Shown here: positions 21,357 to 32,000 of the stretch, piece after piece
How positions within the stretch are numbered: position 1 is the stretch's first letter
How the letters are laid out: every line of letters begins with the position of its first letter
Source: Candidatus Saccharimonadota bacterium
GTDB taxonomy: Bacteria; Patescibacteriota; Saccharimonadia; Saccharimonadales; UBA4665
Direction of reading: 5' to 3'
NCBI GenBank assembly: GCA_963716945.1
Contig: OY970322.1
Span: forward strand, 630,001-662,000
Length of the DNA: 32,000 nucleotides
Made by a program: the position numbers and the translations under genes
The notes under the pieces: generated by a model
The model's input: the letters and a program-made list of their open reading frames with translations, nothing else
What the model was told of the DNA's origin: nothing
Databases searched by the model: none

Positions 21357-21757
21357 AACAGCCCCGTACCAAAATCGCCCGGGTTATCGCCGATCAGACG
21401 CTTCAGGACGGCCCGTCAAAGAAGCTCGGCCGCGAAATAGCGGCTTACCTGCTGAGAGAAGGCCGTGTTAACGAGCTGGATTCGGTGCTGCGCGACGTGC
21501 AGGCCGATTGGGCTGCCGCCGGCTATGTCGAAGTCTTGGCAGCCAGCGCCCACGAACTGACCGGCGCCGTTAAGGCCGATATTGCCAAGCGGGTCAAGCG
21601 CCTGCAGCCGGCTGCCAAACGGATTATCGTAACCGAAGTCCGCGACCCGGCAGTGATCGGCGGCGTCAGGCTAAGTTTCGCTAACCAGCAGCTTGACCTG
21701 AGCGTCCAGGCGAAACTGAACAGATTTAAACAATTAGCGGCTACAGGAAAGGACTAA
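21353..21757 (+). CDS. atpH: F0F1 ATP synthase subunit delta (short, 134 aa)
   Basis: Position between b and alpha. The C-terminal segment DPAVIGGVRLSFANQQLDLSVQAKL matches the OSCP/delta pattern. Confidence 0.75.
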   Translation: MKQPRTKIARVIADQTLQDGPSKKLGREIAAYLLREGRVNELDSVLRDVQADWAAAGYVEVLAASAHELTGAVKADIAKRVKRLQPAAKRIIVTEVRDPAVIGGVRLSFANQQLDLSVQAKLNRFKQLAATGKD

Positions 21758-21760
21758 AGC

Positions 21761-23314
21761 GTGCCAGAACTATCGATTACCGAATTATCAGATGACATCA
21801 GGGCGGCGATTGCCGACTTGAAACAACGGCCGGAGATCGAGAACGTCGGCGTCGTGACCCGCATCGGCGACGGCGTGGCCTGGGTTTACGGCCTTAGCGG
21901 TGCTGGTTATAGCGAAATGCTGGAAATCGAAGGCGTCAACGGCCAGCCGGTAACAGCTTTTGCGCTTAATCTAGGCGAGGATGAGATCGGCGCCGTATTG
22001 TTGGGCGAAGACACCGAGGTCAAAGCCGGCGCCAAAGTCCGCCTGAGCGGCGAAGTCTTGGAAGTGCCGGTCGGGCCGGAACTGGTCGGCCGGGTCGTCG
22101 ACCCGTTGGGCAATCCGCTCGACGGCGCCGGGCCGATTAAGGCCAGAGCCACCAGCCGCGTCGAGCGCCCTGCCCCCGGCGTACTGGACCGCAAAGGCGT
22201 CCATGAGCCGTTAATGACCGGTATAACCGCGGTTGACGCCATCGTGCCGATCGGGCGCGGCCAGCGCGAACTGATTATCGGCGACCGCCAAACCGGCAAG
22301 ACAGCCGTAGTCGTTGACACTATGGTCAACCAGGCCAGGCAGAAGACCGGCGTCATCAACATTTACGTCGCTATCGGCCAGAAACTATCGAAGGTAGCCG
22401 CCCTGCAAGAACGCCTCAAGCGCGAGGGCGTCATGGACCAGACGATTATCGTCGCGACCAGCCCGGCCGACCCGGCCGCCATGCTTTACCTGGCTCCGTA
22501 TGCCGGCTGCGCGATGGGCGAATATTTCCGTGATAACAAGCAGCACGCCTTGATTATTTACGATGACCTGACCAAGCATGCCGCGGCTTACCGCCAGATG
22601 TCGCTGTTGCTGCGCCGGCCGCCGGGACGCGAAGCCTACCCGGGCGACGTTTTCTACTTGCATTCCCGCCTATTGGAGCGCTCGGCCAAACTTAGCGACA
22701 AGCTTGGCTCCGGCTCGCTGACGGCTCTGCCGATTATCGAGACCCAGGCCGGCGACATCAGCGCCTATATTCCGACCAACGTCATTTCGATCACCGACGG
22801 CCAGATTTTCCTCGAGACCAACCTGTTTTACCAGGGCATAAGGCCGGCTATTTCGGTCGGTTTAAGCGTTTCCCGCGTCGGCGGCAGCGCCCAGACCAAG
22901 GCTATCAAGGCGGCCGGCGGCGGCCTGAAGCTGGCCTTGGCCCAGTTCCGTGAATTGGCGGCTTTCAGCCAGTTCTCGACCGACCTGGATGCCGAAACCC
23001 GCCACACCATCGAACGCGGCCAGCGCCTGACCGAACTGCTTAAGCAGCCGCAGTACACCCCCTACTCTATCTGGGAAATGTACTCCAGCCTCTACGCCGC
23101 CACGCAGGGCGCCTTTGACAGCGTGCCGCTTGAGAAGATTAAGCCGGCCGAAGAGGCTCTCCACCGCGAGCTCAAGAGCAAGCACGTTAAGCTGACCGAG
23201 GCTCTTAACACCGGGGACAAGCCGACCGATGCCCAGAACGACACCGTCCTGAAAGTCGCCAAAGCGATTGCCGACAGCTACAAAACCGCCAAGAAAGCCG
23301 GCAAGGAGCAGTAG
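21761..23314 (+). CDS. atpA: F0F1 ATP synthase subunit alpha
   Basis: Walker A is GDRQTGKT, and the sequence is highly conserved ([23 protein letters not shown]). GTG start. Confidence 0.95.
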   Translation: MPELSITELSDDIRAAIADLKQRPEIENVGVVTRIGDGVAWVYGLSGAGYSEMLEIEGVNGQPVTAFALNLGEDEIGAVLLGEDTEVKAGAKVRLSGEVLEVPVGPELVGRVVDPLGNPLDGAGPIKARATSRVERPAPGVLDRKGVHEPLMTGITAVDAIVPIGRGQRELIIGDRQTGKTAVVVDTMVNQARQKTGVINIYVAIGQKLSKVAALQERLKREGVMDQTIIVATSPADPAAMLYLAPYAGCAMGEYFRDNKQHALIIYDDLTKHAAAYRQMSLLLRRPPGREAYPGDVFYLHSRLLERSAKLSDKLGSGSLTALPIIETQAGDISAYIPTNVISITDGQIFLETNLFYQGIRPAISVGLSVSRVGGSAQTKAIKAAGGGLKLALAQFRELAAFSQFSTDLDAETRHTIERGQRLTELLKQPQYTPYSIWEMYSSLYAATQGAFDSVPLEKIKPAEEALHRELKSKHVKLTEALNTGDKPTDAQNDTVLKVAKAIADSYKTAKKAGKEQ

Positions 23315-23319
23315 ACCCA

Positions 23320-24186
23320 GTGGCCAGCACGATTACCCTTAAACGCCGGATTGCCTCCATCAAAGGTACCCGGCAAATCACCAAAGCCATGGAGCTGGTC
23401 AGCGCCAGCAAGCTGCGGCGCGCCCAGGAATACGCCAAGCGCAGCCGCGACTACCGCGACCTGGCCTATGACCTGCTGAAGAAGCTTAACGCCATGAGCG
23501 AAGTCGAGCGGCTGCCGTTGTTCCGCAAGCGGCCGGTCAAAAACCGGCTGTATATCGTCATTACCAGCAACACCGGCTTGGCCGGCGCCTACAATGCCAA
23601 TGTCCTGAAGCTTCTGACCCACGGTTTGCAAAAGGACCGGGCCGACAAGGTCAAGAGCCATGTAATAACCGTCGGCAGCAAGGCCGCCCAGCTGGCCCGG
23701 CGCCTGAGCGATGTCGACCTGATGGCCGTTTATCCGCCGTTCGGCGACCAGCCGACGGCCAACGACGTGCGGCCCATCCTCAACATGGTCATTGACGAAT
23801 ACACCGACGAATCGATTGACGAAGTCCACGTGCTTTACACCAACTTTAGGTCCAACCTGGTCCAGGAAGTCCAGGACCTGCAGCTGCTGCCGGCGCCGCT
23901 GATGGACGTTGACAGCGCCGCCGCGCCGATCAGCAACTTCGAACCGGACGTCGAAACCGTTATTCAGGAAGTAACCACCCGCCTGATCGAAGCCCAGATC
24001 TGGCAGGCTATCCTGGAAAGCCTGGCGTCCGAACACGCCATGCGCATGATCGCCACCAAAAATGCTACCGATAACGCTAATGACCTGATTGATGATTACA
24101 CCTTGGCTTTGAACACCGCCCGACAGGCTACCATAACCCAGGAACTGGCCGAGATTACCGGCGGCGCGGAGGCACTCAATGGCTAA
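23320..24186 (+). CDS. atpG: F0F1 ATP synthase subunit gamma
   Basis: The N-terminus IKGTRQITKAMELVSASKLRRAQ and the C-terminus ITQELAEITGGAEAL are gamma signatures. GTG start. Confidence 0.93.
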   Translation: MASTITLKRRIASIKGTRQITKAMELVSASKLRRAQEYAKRSRDYRDLAYDLLKKLNAMSEVERLPLFRKRPVKNRLYIVITSNTGLAGAYNANVLKLLTHGLQKDRADKVKSHVITVGSKAAQLARRLSDVDLMAVYPPFGDQPTANDVRPILNMVIDEYTDESIDEVHVLYTNFRSNLVQEVQDLQLLPAPLMDVDSAAAPISNFEPDVETVIQEVTTRLIEAQIWQAILESLASEHAMRMIATKNATDNANDLIDDYTLALNTARQATITQELAEITGGAEALNG

Positions 24187-24192
24187 GCTTAA

Positions 24193-25620
<1,428 letters not shown>

Positions 25621-25622
25621 AG

Positions 25623-26054
25623 GTGTTCCACTTCCAGCTGGTCAGCCTTAGCGGCAAACAATTCGATGAAGACGTCTATGAGGTCATTCTGCCGACGCTG
25701 GACGGTGAAATCGGTGTTCTCCAGGACCACATGCCGCTGGTCAGCGTCGCCAAAACCGGCGTTATCGCCGTCCGCCGCAACCCCAAAGACCCTGATAGCC
25801 AACGGGACTACTTCGCCACCAACGGCGGCGCTATAGAAGTTGAAAACAACAGCCTGCGGGTTCTGGTCGATGAGGCCGACCACGCCGACGATATCAATGA
25901 AGCCGAAGTCCAAAAAGCCTTGGAGCGGGCCCAGAAGATGAAAGCCGAAGCCAAAGACCAGATTAGCCTGGAGCACGCCCAGACCTTGGTCGACCGCCAA
26001 GCCGTCCGGCTGCAGGTCGCCGGCCTGCGGCGCCAGCAGCACCGCAAGCGCTAA
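25623..26054 (+). CDS. atpC: F0F1 ATP synthase subunit epsilon
   Basis: Operon position, a beta-sandwich N-terminus (ILPTLDGEIGVLQDHMPL) and a helical C-terminus. GTG start after GGAG. Confidence 0.9.
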   Translation: MFHFQLVSLSGKQFDEDVYEVILPTLDGEIGVLQDHMPLVSVAKTGVIAVRRNPKDPDSQRDYFATNGGAIEVENNSLRVLVDEADHADDINEAEVQKALERAQKMKAEAKDQISLEHAQTLVDRQAVRLQVAGLRRQQHRKR

Positions 26055-27337
26055 AAGGCGCCGGCCCGGACCTTGATTTGGATCAGTTCTCGGAGTTTGG
26101 CCTCGTCCTTTTCGAGCTGCTTGGGGTCTTTATTGCTTAAGATACCGTCAATAATCAGTCCCCCGCCGTTGTTGGCGAATAGGGCGATATCACCCGGTTT
26201 GGCCTTGCAGACCAGGCTGACCGTGCTTTCGAGTTTCTCGGCTTCTTCAAGGCCCTCGATGGCCGTAATTTCGCCTTCCTGGTCGGCATAGATATTAATC
26301 GCGTAAGCGTGGGCCAGCAGCTTGTCGGGCATGGTCGGCTTAATGTTCAGCCTGACGGCCAGGTCATTATAGAAGTGCTTAATCCCATACGCCTCGCGGT
26401 ACATGGCTTCGCGGTAGCCGCCGATACGGGCGCCCAGTTCGATGATTTTCCAGCCTTGCAGGGTCCGGAAGAGCTCTATATGCGTGGTCGTGGCCCGTAA
26501 GTTGAGGGCTCTGATGGCACCCCTCGAGGCTTTGAAGGCGGCCTCGGATTCGGCGTCCGGCAAGTCGGTCGGTACCAGTATCCGGTAGCTGTAGAAACCC
26601 GGCAGGCCGAGCGAGTGGGCCGTAACTACTTCTACCAGCGGCAGACAGAAGATCTCGCCGTCCGGCATAACGTAAGCGTCGGTCGAGTACATCTTGCCCT
26701 GCATCATCTCTTCGACCAGTACGCTCGGCGTAAAGTGCCGGTGTTTGCGCGAGTAAACTTCGTGAATAACTTGGAAGGTATGGCGCAGGCAGGTCTTGAG
26801 CTCGTCCAAGTTGTGGCATTCGGTTACCAGCAAGGCGTCTTGCAGGTCGCTGGGCTTGACGATTAGCGGATAGGTAAAGTCCTTGATCAGCTCTTCCAGC
26901 TTCGGCAAGTCGGTCTCCTCGAGGTGTTGGTAAAGCGGCGTCAAATCCTTGTCGTAATTGCTAAGGCGGTCGCGCATCAACGGCTTCTCCGTCGCCCATA
27001 GCAAAGAGCTCTCGGACGGGGTATTGACGTATGGCACGAACGGCACGACTTGCCTGAAGCGGTGCATAGCGTCTTCGTAGCGGCAGGTTACGGCCAGCAG
27101 CCGGTCGGTATAGGGCTTCAGCGTCCGTTGCAGCTCGTCCGGATTATCGAAGTCGCAAACCACTTCCTCGAACAGGCCGCTGGCATCCTTGGGCCGGCCC
27201 GCAAAACCGGCATAGCCCGAATGGACTAGCGACAGGCCTTTCAGCTGGCGGTTCATCGTCTCGCTTAAGGTTTTGACTGCCTCCACGAGGGCAGGTTCAA
27301 CCGTGTTGATAGTTAGGATGATATCCCGATCTTGCAT
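26051..27337 (-). CDS. ATP-grasp domain protein (ligase of unknown substrate)
   Basis: It has YPLIVKPS, VLVEEMMQG and IIELGARIGG segments in ATP-grasp order. I place the start at ATG 27337 (MQDRDIIL), with GGAG 9 nt upstream. The track start at 27385 lacks an RBS. Confidence 0.75.
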   Translation of the reverse strand: MQDRDIILTINTVEPALVEAVKTLSETMNRQLKGLSLVHSGYAGFAGRPKDASGLFEEVVCDFDNPDELQRTLKPYTDRLLAVTCRYEDAMHRFRQVVPFVPYVNTPSESSLLWATEKPLMRDRLSNYDKDLTPLYQHLEETDLPKLEELIKDFTYPLIVKPSDLQDALLVTECHNLDELKTCLRHTFQVIHEVYSRKHRHFTPSVLVEEMMQGKMYSTDAYVMPDGEIFCLPLVEVVTAHSLGLPGFYSYRILVPTDLPDAESEAAFKASRGAIRALNLRATTTHIELFRTLQGWKIIELGARIGGYREAMYREAYGIKHFYNDLAVRLNIKPTMPDKLLAHAYAINIYADQEGEITAIEGLEEAEKLESTVSLVCKAKPGDIALFANNGGGLIIDGILSNKDPKQLEKDEAKLRELIQIKVRAGAF

Positions 27338-27691
27338 TCTTTTGCTCTCCTGATGTCTGTTGGCCGGCACTCGGCGCGGCGGCATATCGGACTGCTTAAG
27401 ACCAATATGTAAGGATGATATTTATCACAGATAAAGAATTATACTCCACCTGCCGAGACATAGCAATGCCGGTTTCGCAGGGGCTTCTTAGGCGGCGATT
27501 TGGACTTGCCGGAACTCGGGACCGTGTTTGCCGTCAATGACTTCCCGATGTCCGAGTGGCTGACCGACGGCTCAATCAGGCTGCTAACCATAACGGATAA
27601 ATAAACCCAAAGACCGGCACCTGATGGCAAAAGCTTTACAAACGTGGTAACTACAGCTATTCTTATGACATTAAATAAGTGGAGGTTCCAA

Positions 27692-28387
27692 ATGTTTATT
27701 GGAAGACGCAAGGTAGCCACCGTTGTGGCTGAGTTTCTAGGAACGGGAGCGTTGACGCTTCTGATATTGAGCGTACAGCGCTCTACTATAGGCGTGCCGT
27801 TTTTTGTAGCGGCCGCGGCCGGTCTGACGCTGGCATTAATGGTATTCGCTTTGGGGGAGGCTTCGAGCGGCTACTTTAACCCGGCTGTGACTTTGGGCCT
27901 CTGGACGGCTCGGAAGCTCGAGTCCGCTACGGCGATTGTCTACATCGCAGCCCAATTCTTGGGCGGCTGGGGAGCCTACTACCTCTACACGTACCTCGTC
28001 AAGAGTACGTTGCAGCCGGTAGGCGGCCACTTCGCCGGCCGTATCCTGGTGGCTGAGGCCGTCGGTACGCTTGTGTTCAGCTTCGGCGTGGCCGCTGCTG
28101 TTTACCAGGGCTTAAGCCGGGCTGTGACGGCTTCATTTGCCGGCCTGGCATTAATGGTCGGTATCGTAGCGGCTTCACCGGCTGCTATCGGTCTGCTTAA
28201 CCCGGCGGTTGCCTTGGGCGTACGCGCCTGGGTCTGGGGAACATACGTACTTGGCCCGGTAGTCGGTGCCATCATCGGTGTCAACCTTTACGCCCTGCTC
28301 TACGCAGAGCCTGCCAAGGCTAAAGTCGTCAGCGCTTCAACCGCTCCGGCGGCTAAGTCTTCGGCCAAGAAAAAAGCTAAGAAATAG
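27692..28387 (+). CDS. MIP family channel (aquaporin / glycerol facilitator)
   Basis: It has two NPA boxes (FNPAVTLG and LNPAVALG) and six hydrophobic segments. I place the start at ATG 27692, with GGAGG 7 nt upstream. Confidence 0.88.
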   Translation: MFIGRRKVATVVAEFLGTGALTLLILSVQRSTIGVPFFVAAAAGLTLALMVFALGEASSGYFNPAVTLGLWTARKLESATAIVYIAAQFLGGWGAYYLYTYLVKSTLQPVGGHFAGRILVAEAVGTLVFSFGVAAAVYQGLSRAVTASFAGLALMVGIVAASPAAIGLLNPAVALGVRAWVWGTYVLGPVVGAIIGVNLYALLYAEPAKAKVVSASTAPAAKSSAKKKAKK

Positions 28388-28412
28388 TTTCTACTAAATT
28401 CTAGCGCCAAAA

Positions 28413-28440
28413 GCTGCCTGGTTTGTCCGGGCAGCTTTTA
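28413..28440 (+). terminator. Rho-independent terminator after the aquaporin gene
   Basis: GCTGCCTGG-TTTGT-CCGGGCAGC is a 9-bp stem with one G-T pair, followed by TTTTA. It is preceded by AAAA, so it could act in both directions. Confidence 0.55.
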
Positions 28441-28547
28441 TGTTGGGCCGTCTAATAAGTTGAAAACATTTAAACAAAATGATATGATTTGGTTTAATTG
28501 GTTTATCAGGGTGGTTATAACAAGTTAAAAAAGTAGGGATTTCCCTA

Positions 28548-29906
28548 ATGAACGAACTTCTGCAAGCCGTCGTTGACGATCCCTGGGGGGCTGTGGCTGA
28601 TACCCTGCCCAAAGTAAGGTCGTGGGCCGGACCGCTTATAGCTGACCACCTGTCGGAAACACCCCCGGAAGACCGTACTTGGACAGAGGGCGCTATAGTC
28701 GCCGTACTTAGTCTTACCGACAAGGGGGACGGCCTGGCGGCGCGCCGGAGCCGCAAGGGCCCTACCGAGCACGGCCAGGAACTCGACCGCGACGCTGACG
28801 TAAATTTCGTTACTTCCCAGCAAAAGTCATTAACCGCCAATGGCGAAGTCTCGCCTACTCACATTCTGATCAAAGAAGCTCGTGAAATAGCCATGGACGA
28901 GTTAAGGGATTGGGGGGCCAGAAATGGCAAGAGCACTGCGTCGCTCTGGCGCGGCAAGCAAAAAACCACAGTCGAAATGACTACCCTAAGCGCGGCTAAC
29001 TCGCCGCTTGCCCAAAGGGGCGATCTTATCAGATGGGGAGCTTCGCTAGGCACTGCTCTAGAGTTGACGAGTTTTGCTGAAACAGTATTTGACTATATGA
29101 AGAAGGACGATAAGGGCGACGAACCTGCCACCGCCCGTAACAGTAGAGCCAGAGAGCTGTCGGCCGGCCGGCTTAACAAACTAGCCGAACTGGTGGCCAA
29201 AAAAGCTCCCAACCTAAGAGCTTCCGATGTTACTTATGCCGGTAAACGCTTAGTCGAAGGATCATCGGCTTTAGCCTTCTTGAGGCCGGATAACCCTGTT
29301 TTGCCGACTGCCATATATATCGTGGGCAGTGTGTGCGATGCCCTTGACGGGGCCTTGGCCCGAGCCAGAGGCGAAGATGGTATCGATGGCGAAATAGAAG
29401 ATTTAGAGGCCGACCTAGAGCAGCAAGTGGCAGCCTTGACGGCCCTAGGCGCTATAGCTCTCAAGCGTGGCAATATGGTGGCTGCCACCAATTATGCTGT
29501 GGCTATCATGACTACGGCCGTAGTTTCTTCATCTAGGGCTGAGGCTGAGTCGTCCGGCTTTATAGTGGCAGAAGGCGGTATCGGCACCAGGCTCGGCCGC
29601 GGTATTACGATTGGGATTGGGATGGGCCTCAATAGACACCAAGACGCGGCTGACATCGCTAGCGCTACTCTGGCATCAGGCAACGTTAATACTATCAAAG
29701 AGCGCCGTCATGCGGCTCGGTACGGTGAAGAGTCGCCACACTGCAAGGCTATAAACATGGATGCTGATTTCATGGCCAGAGCTGCGAGGCGCCGGGAAGC
29801 CGCCCTACCATATGTGCAAGCCGGCTTGGCTATCGGCTCGGCTTTGCTGGCTTACAGCGCTCCGCAGATGGTGGCCCGTACGGCCGGGGCAGAAGCCAGT
29901 CTTTAA
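28548..29906 (+). CDS. CDP-alcohol phosphatidyltransferase-like protein carrying the signature motif twice
   Basis: The second copy, DALDGALARARGEDGIDGEIEDLEADLE, fits DxxDGxxAR-x8-G-x3-D-x3-D exactly. The first copy, DKGDGLAARRSRKGPTEHGQELDRDAD, fits with a 9-residue spacer. Confidence 0.65.
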   Translation: MNELLQAVVDDPWGAVADTLPKVRSWAGPLIADHLSETPPEDRTWTEGAIVAVLSLTDKGDGLAARRSRKGPTEHGQELDRDADVNFVTSQQKSLTANGEVSPTHILIKEAREIAMDELRDWGARNGKSTASLWRGKQKTTVEMTTLSAANSPLAQRGDLIRWGASLGTALELTSFAETVFDYMKKDDKGDEPATARNSRARELSAGRLNKLAELVAKKAPNLRASDVTYAGKRLVEGSSALAFLRPDNPVLPTAIYIVGSVCDALDGALARARGEDGIDGEIEDLEADLEQQVAALTALGAIALKRGNMVAATNYAVAIMTTAVVSSSRAEAESSGFIVAEGGIGTRLGRGITIGIGMGLNRHQDAADIASATLASGNVNTIKERRHAARYGEESPHCKAINMDADFMARAARRREAALPYVQAGLAIGSALLAYSAPQMVARTAGAEASL

Positions 29907-29915
29907 ACTTTTCAG

Positions 29916-32000
29916 TTAAATTTTGCCCTCTAGAAGGTCGTCTTCAAAATTCTTAATGCCGTCAATGTCCTGGCCGTAATGGCCGGTATCCGGGAAGTTC
30001 AGTGCCATGATGTGCTGCCAGACGGCCGTGACCAGCCGTTTGAGCCGGTCGATGTCGGCTTGGTCCGGTGTGAACGATCTGGATAGCTGTTTCGGGTCTT
30101 CGGCTTCCAGGTAGACCATCTGGCCGCCGGCCGTGCCGTACTGGCTAAAGCCGGGGTGCTGGCCGGCTAGCAGAGCGTAGAATGTCAGCTGGAGTTTTTG
30201 GTTATGGGCCTTAATGACGCTGTTCTTATCTTTGGTGTCGAAGCTGGGCAGCGGTTTGCCGGTCTTATAGTCGATAATTGTCATCGAGTTGCCGGCTAAG
30301 TCAACCCGGTCGAGTTTGCCCCGCAGCCGGGCCGGGCCGACGCGGACATCGCGCAGGTCCTGTTCCGGCAAACTACCCTTGGGCAATATGTACCCGTAGT
30401 CTTTGAACAGCCTGTCCAGTACCTGCCTGCCCTGCTGCTCGAAACGCCGGTATTCGCTTGGTGCCAGTTGCTGGGCTTTCAGTGACGCCGTGAAGTCGCG
30501 ACTGACCGCGGCCAGTTCGAACATATCTTTATTAATCAGTTTTTGGGCGGTTTCCATAGCGCTGTGCATGGCCGTGCCGTAAGCCAGGTTGACCGACTTG
30601 GCTTCCGGCAGCCGGAGCAGGTTGCGTTCCTTGAAATACTGCGGGCCGCCCTTGCGCAAATTTAAGAAGTTAAGCAGGTGGGTAACGCTAAGGCTGTAAG
30701 TTTCCAGACGGGCCTTGAGGATAGCCTGTTCTTGGCCGCCGTCAAGGGATGGCCAGCGCAGGTTCTCTTCAAGCACTTCGACCAGTTTGGTCTTGTCGGT
30801 TTCAGCGATCTGCCTAATGTCAAACGCGCTTTGGATAATCGGACTGACGGCCACGTCTTTGCCGGCGTGGTCGAGGTGATAAGCGCTGACCGTAATCGAC
30901 GATTTGGCCCGTGTCAGCGCTACGTACATCAGCCGCACGTAATCGTCCTGGTCGTCGCCGGCCGGCTGGAGCGGCAGGTTGGCCGGCGGTTTGCGGCCGC
31001 CGGCTTTGGGCCGCCAATTGTCTTCTATGGCGTCAATGACGTAAACACCGTCGAACTCCAGGCCTTTAGCCTTATGAACGGTTAGCAGCTGGACGGCCCG
31101 GTCACCGGTAATAAACGGCGATTCGTCAGCCACGACCAAGCCGTTGACACGGTTAATCTCGATGAAGCGAACCAGCTCGGCCAGGGTGGGCTCGCCGGTC
31201 TTGGCAAAATCATGGACCAAAGCCCGGAGCAGCTGTATGGCCGACAGGCTGTGGAAATAACGGCTGGCCAGTTCGGTACCGCCGCCGGCGAAGTAGTCTT
31301 TCAGCGGCGACCCGTAAGCCTTGCTCCGCCTGAGGCCGATTAAGTGTTCCAGCGTAATAGCCAGCGGCTGGTTGGCGGCCTGTCCGGCCAGCCAGACGAA
31401 CCATTCGCCGAGCTGCTTCAGTTCGGGACGGTCGCTGTCTAACAATGATTGCAGCCAGTCGCCGCGCTTATAATTGTCGGCTGCCAGCCGCCAAAGCACT
31501 GACGGCTCAATGTCCCACATCGGGTGGCGGATAATCTGGTGGATAAGCGCGTCGGCGGCCTGGTTGTCGCCGTCTTGGATCGCCTGCAGCAGCCGGGCTG
31601 CCAGATAAACCTGGTTAATCACCTCGTGCTCCAGGATGTTAGCCTGCTGCTCATAGCGTACCGGCACGCCGAGCTGCTGCAGGATACCGGCCATCTTGAT
31701 CAGGCTGTCATGGCCGCGGGCCAGCACGGCCAGCTCTCTTTCCGGCGTATAGGCGCCCTGGATATCGCGGGCGATTTGGCTGAGCTGCAGCTCGCGCGAG
31801 TTATAGCTGAGCGCCCTGATGGAGCCCTTGCCGGCCGGCGGGTTGGCGGCTACCAGGTCCTTGTTCAGGCCGGCATCCTGCTTTACCAGACGGTTTTCGG
31901 CCTGCTCAATCACTCTTTTGGAGCTGTCCAGCACGGCCTGCGTCGAGCGGTAGTTTTTTACTAATATGATACGTTTCGCGTCCGGGTAACGCCGCTTGAA
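29916..32000 (-). CDS. UvrD/PcrA-type superfamily 1 helicase with a C-terminal PD-(D/E)XK (RecB/AddA-like) nuclease; N-terminus lies beyond the window
   Basis: The frame stays open upstream of the track start to base 32000 and reads ...KNYRSTQAVLD (the helicase NYRS motif). VHKAKGLEFDGVYV and YVALTRAK are late helicase motifs. The C-terminus has LDRVDL...IIDYKTGKP and QLQLTFYALL, which are nuclease motifs. Confidence 0.85.
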   Translation of the reverse strand, partial: FKRRYPDAKRIILVKNYRSTQAVLDSSKRVIEQAENRLVKQDAGLNKDLVAANPPAGKGSIRALSYNSRELQLSQIARDIQGAYTPERELAVLARGHDSLIKMAGILQQLGVPVRYEQQANILEHEVINQVYLAARLLQAIQDGDNQAADALIHQIIRHPMWDIEPSVLWRLAADNYKRGDWLQSLLDSDRPELKQLGEWFVWLAGQAANQPLAITLEHLIGLRRSKAYGSPLKDYFAGGGTELASRYFHSLSAIQLLRALVHDFAKTGEPTLAELVRFIEINRVNGLVVADESPFITGDRAVQLLTVHKAKGLEFDGVYVIDAIEDNWRPKAGGRKPPANLPLQPAGDDQDDYVRLMYVALTRAKSSITVSAYHLDHAGKDVAVSPIIQSAFDIRQIAETDKTKLVEVLEENLRWPSLDGGQEQAILKARLETYSLSVTHLLNFLNLRKGGPQYFKERNLLRLPEAKSVNLAYGTAMHSAMETAQKLINKDMFELAAVSRDFTASLKAQQLAPSEYRRFEQQGRQVLDRLFKDYGYILPKGSLPEQDLRDVRVGPARLRGKLDRVDLAGNSMTIIDYKTGKPLPSFDTKDKNSVIKAHNQKLQLTFYALLAGQHPGFSQYGTAGGQMVYLEAEDPKQLSRSFTPDQADIDRLKRLVTAVWQHIMALNFPDTGHYGQDIDGIKNFEDDLLEGKI

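Noticed and set aside
27439-27720. 93-aa minus-strand ORF in the ATP-grasp/aquaporin intergenic region
   Set aside because: It has no RBS or promoter context and overlaps the aquaporin RBS and start. Its composition is unlike neighbouring genes.
28394-28840. 148-aa minus-strand ORF
   Set aside because: It runs through the aquaporin terminator and is antisense to the 5' end of the transferase gene. It is probably spurious.

Overview
This is a 32-kb piece of a compact, moderately GC-rich bacterial chromosome. Tiny intergenic gaps, overlapping convergent stops and the gene content suggest a small-genome Patescibacteria/Saccharibacteria-like organism, but that placement is inference only. The right part (12.9-32 kb) is housekeeping. 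It holds a YHYH-motif protein, smpB, a glycoside hydrolase/GT2 pair, thermonuclease, a P-loop kinase, a CobO-like adenosyltransferase and a glutaredoxin-like protein. It also holds a complete F1Fo ATP synthase operon (atpZ-B-E-F-H-A-G-D-C), an ATP-grasp enzyme, an aquaporin, a double-motif CDP-alcohol phosphatidyltransferase-like protein, and a UvrD-type helicase fused to a PD-(D/E)XK nuclease that runs off the window. The left part (about 3.0-12.85 kb) is a visibly AT-richer accessory zone that begins exactly at the CCA end of a tRNA-Asn(GTT) gene. It consists of short, mutually unrelated ORFs: two or three SAM methyltransferases, a GNAT, an APH-family kinase, an M15 peptidase and several orphans. 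The main finding is structural. The tRNA 3' end (GGAGCCA, once as a 24-nt copy) recurs at least four more times, each time fused to a near-identical ~40-bp leaderless promoter module and a new ORF. Most cassette ORFs are followed by a conserved ~30-nt element that also ends in GGAGCCA. No integrase, transposase or phage gene is visible. This reads as an integron-like, tRNA-anchored cassette array whose recombination machinery is unknown or encoded elsewhere. A second theme is leaderless expression: about 17 first genes have a -10 box 6-7 nt before the start codon, while internal operon genes use Shine-Dalgarno sites. I saw no rRNA, CRISPR array or recognisable IS element.
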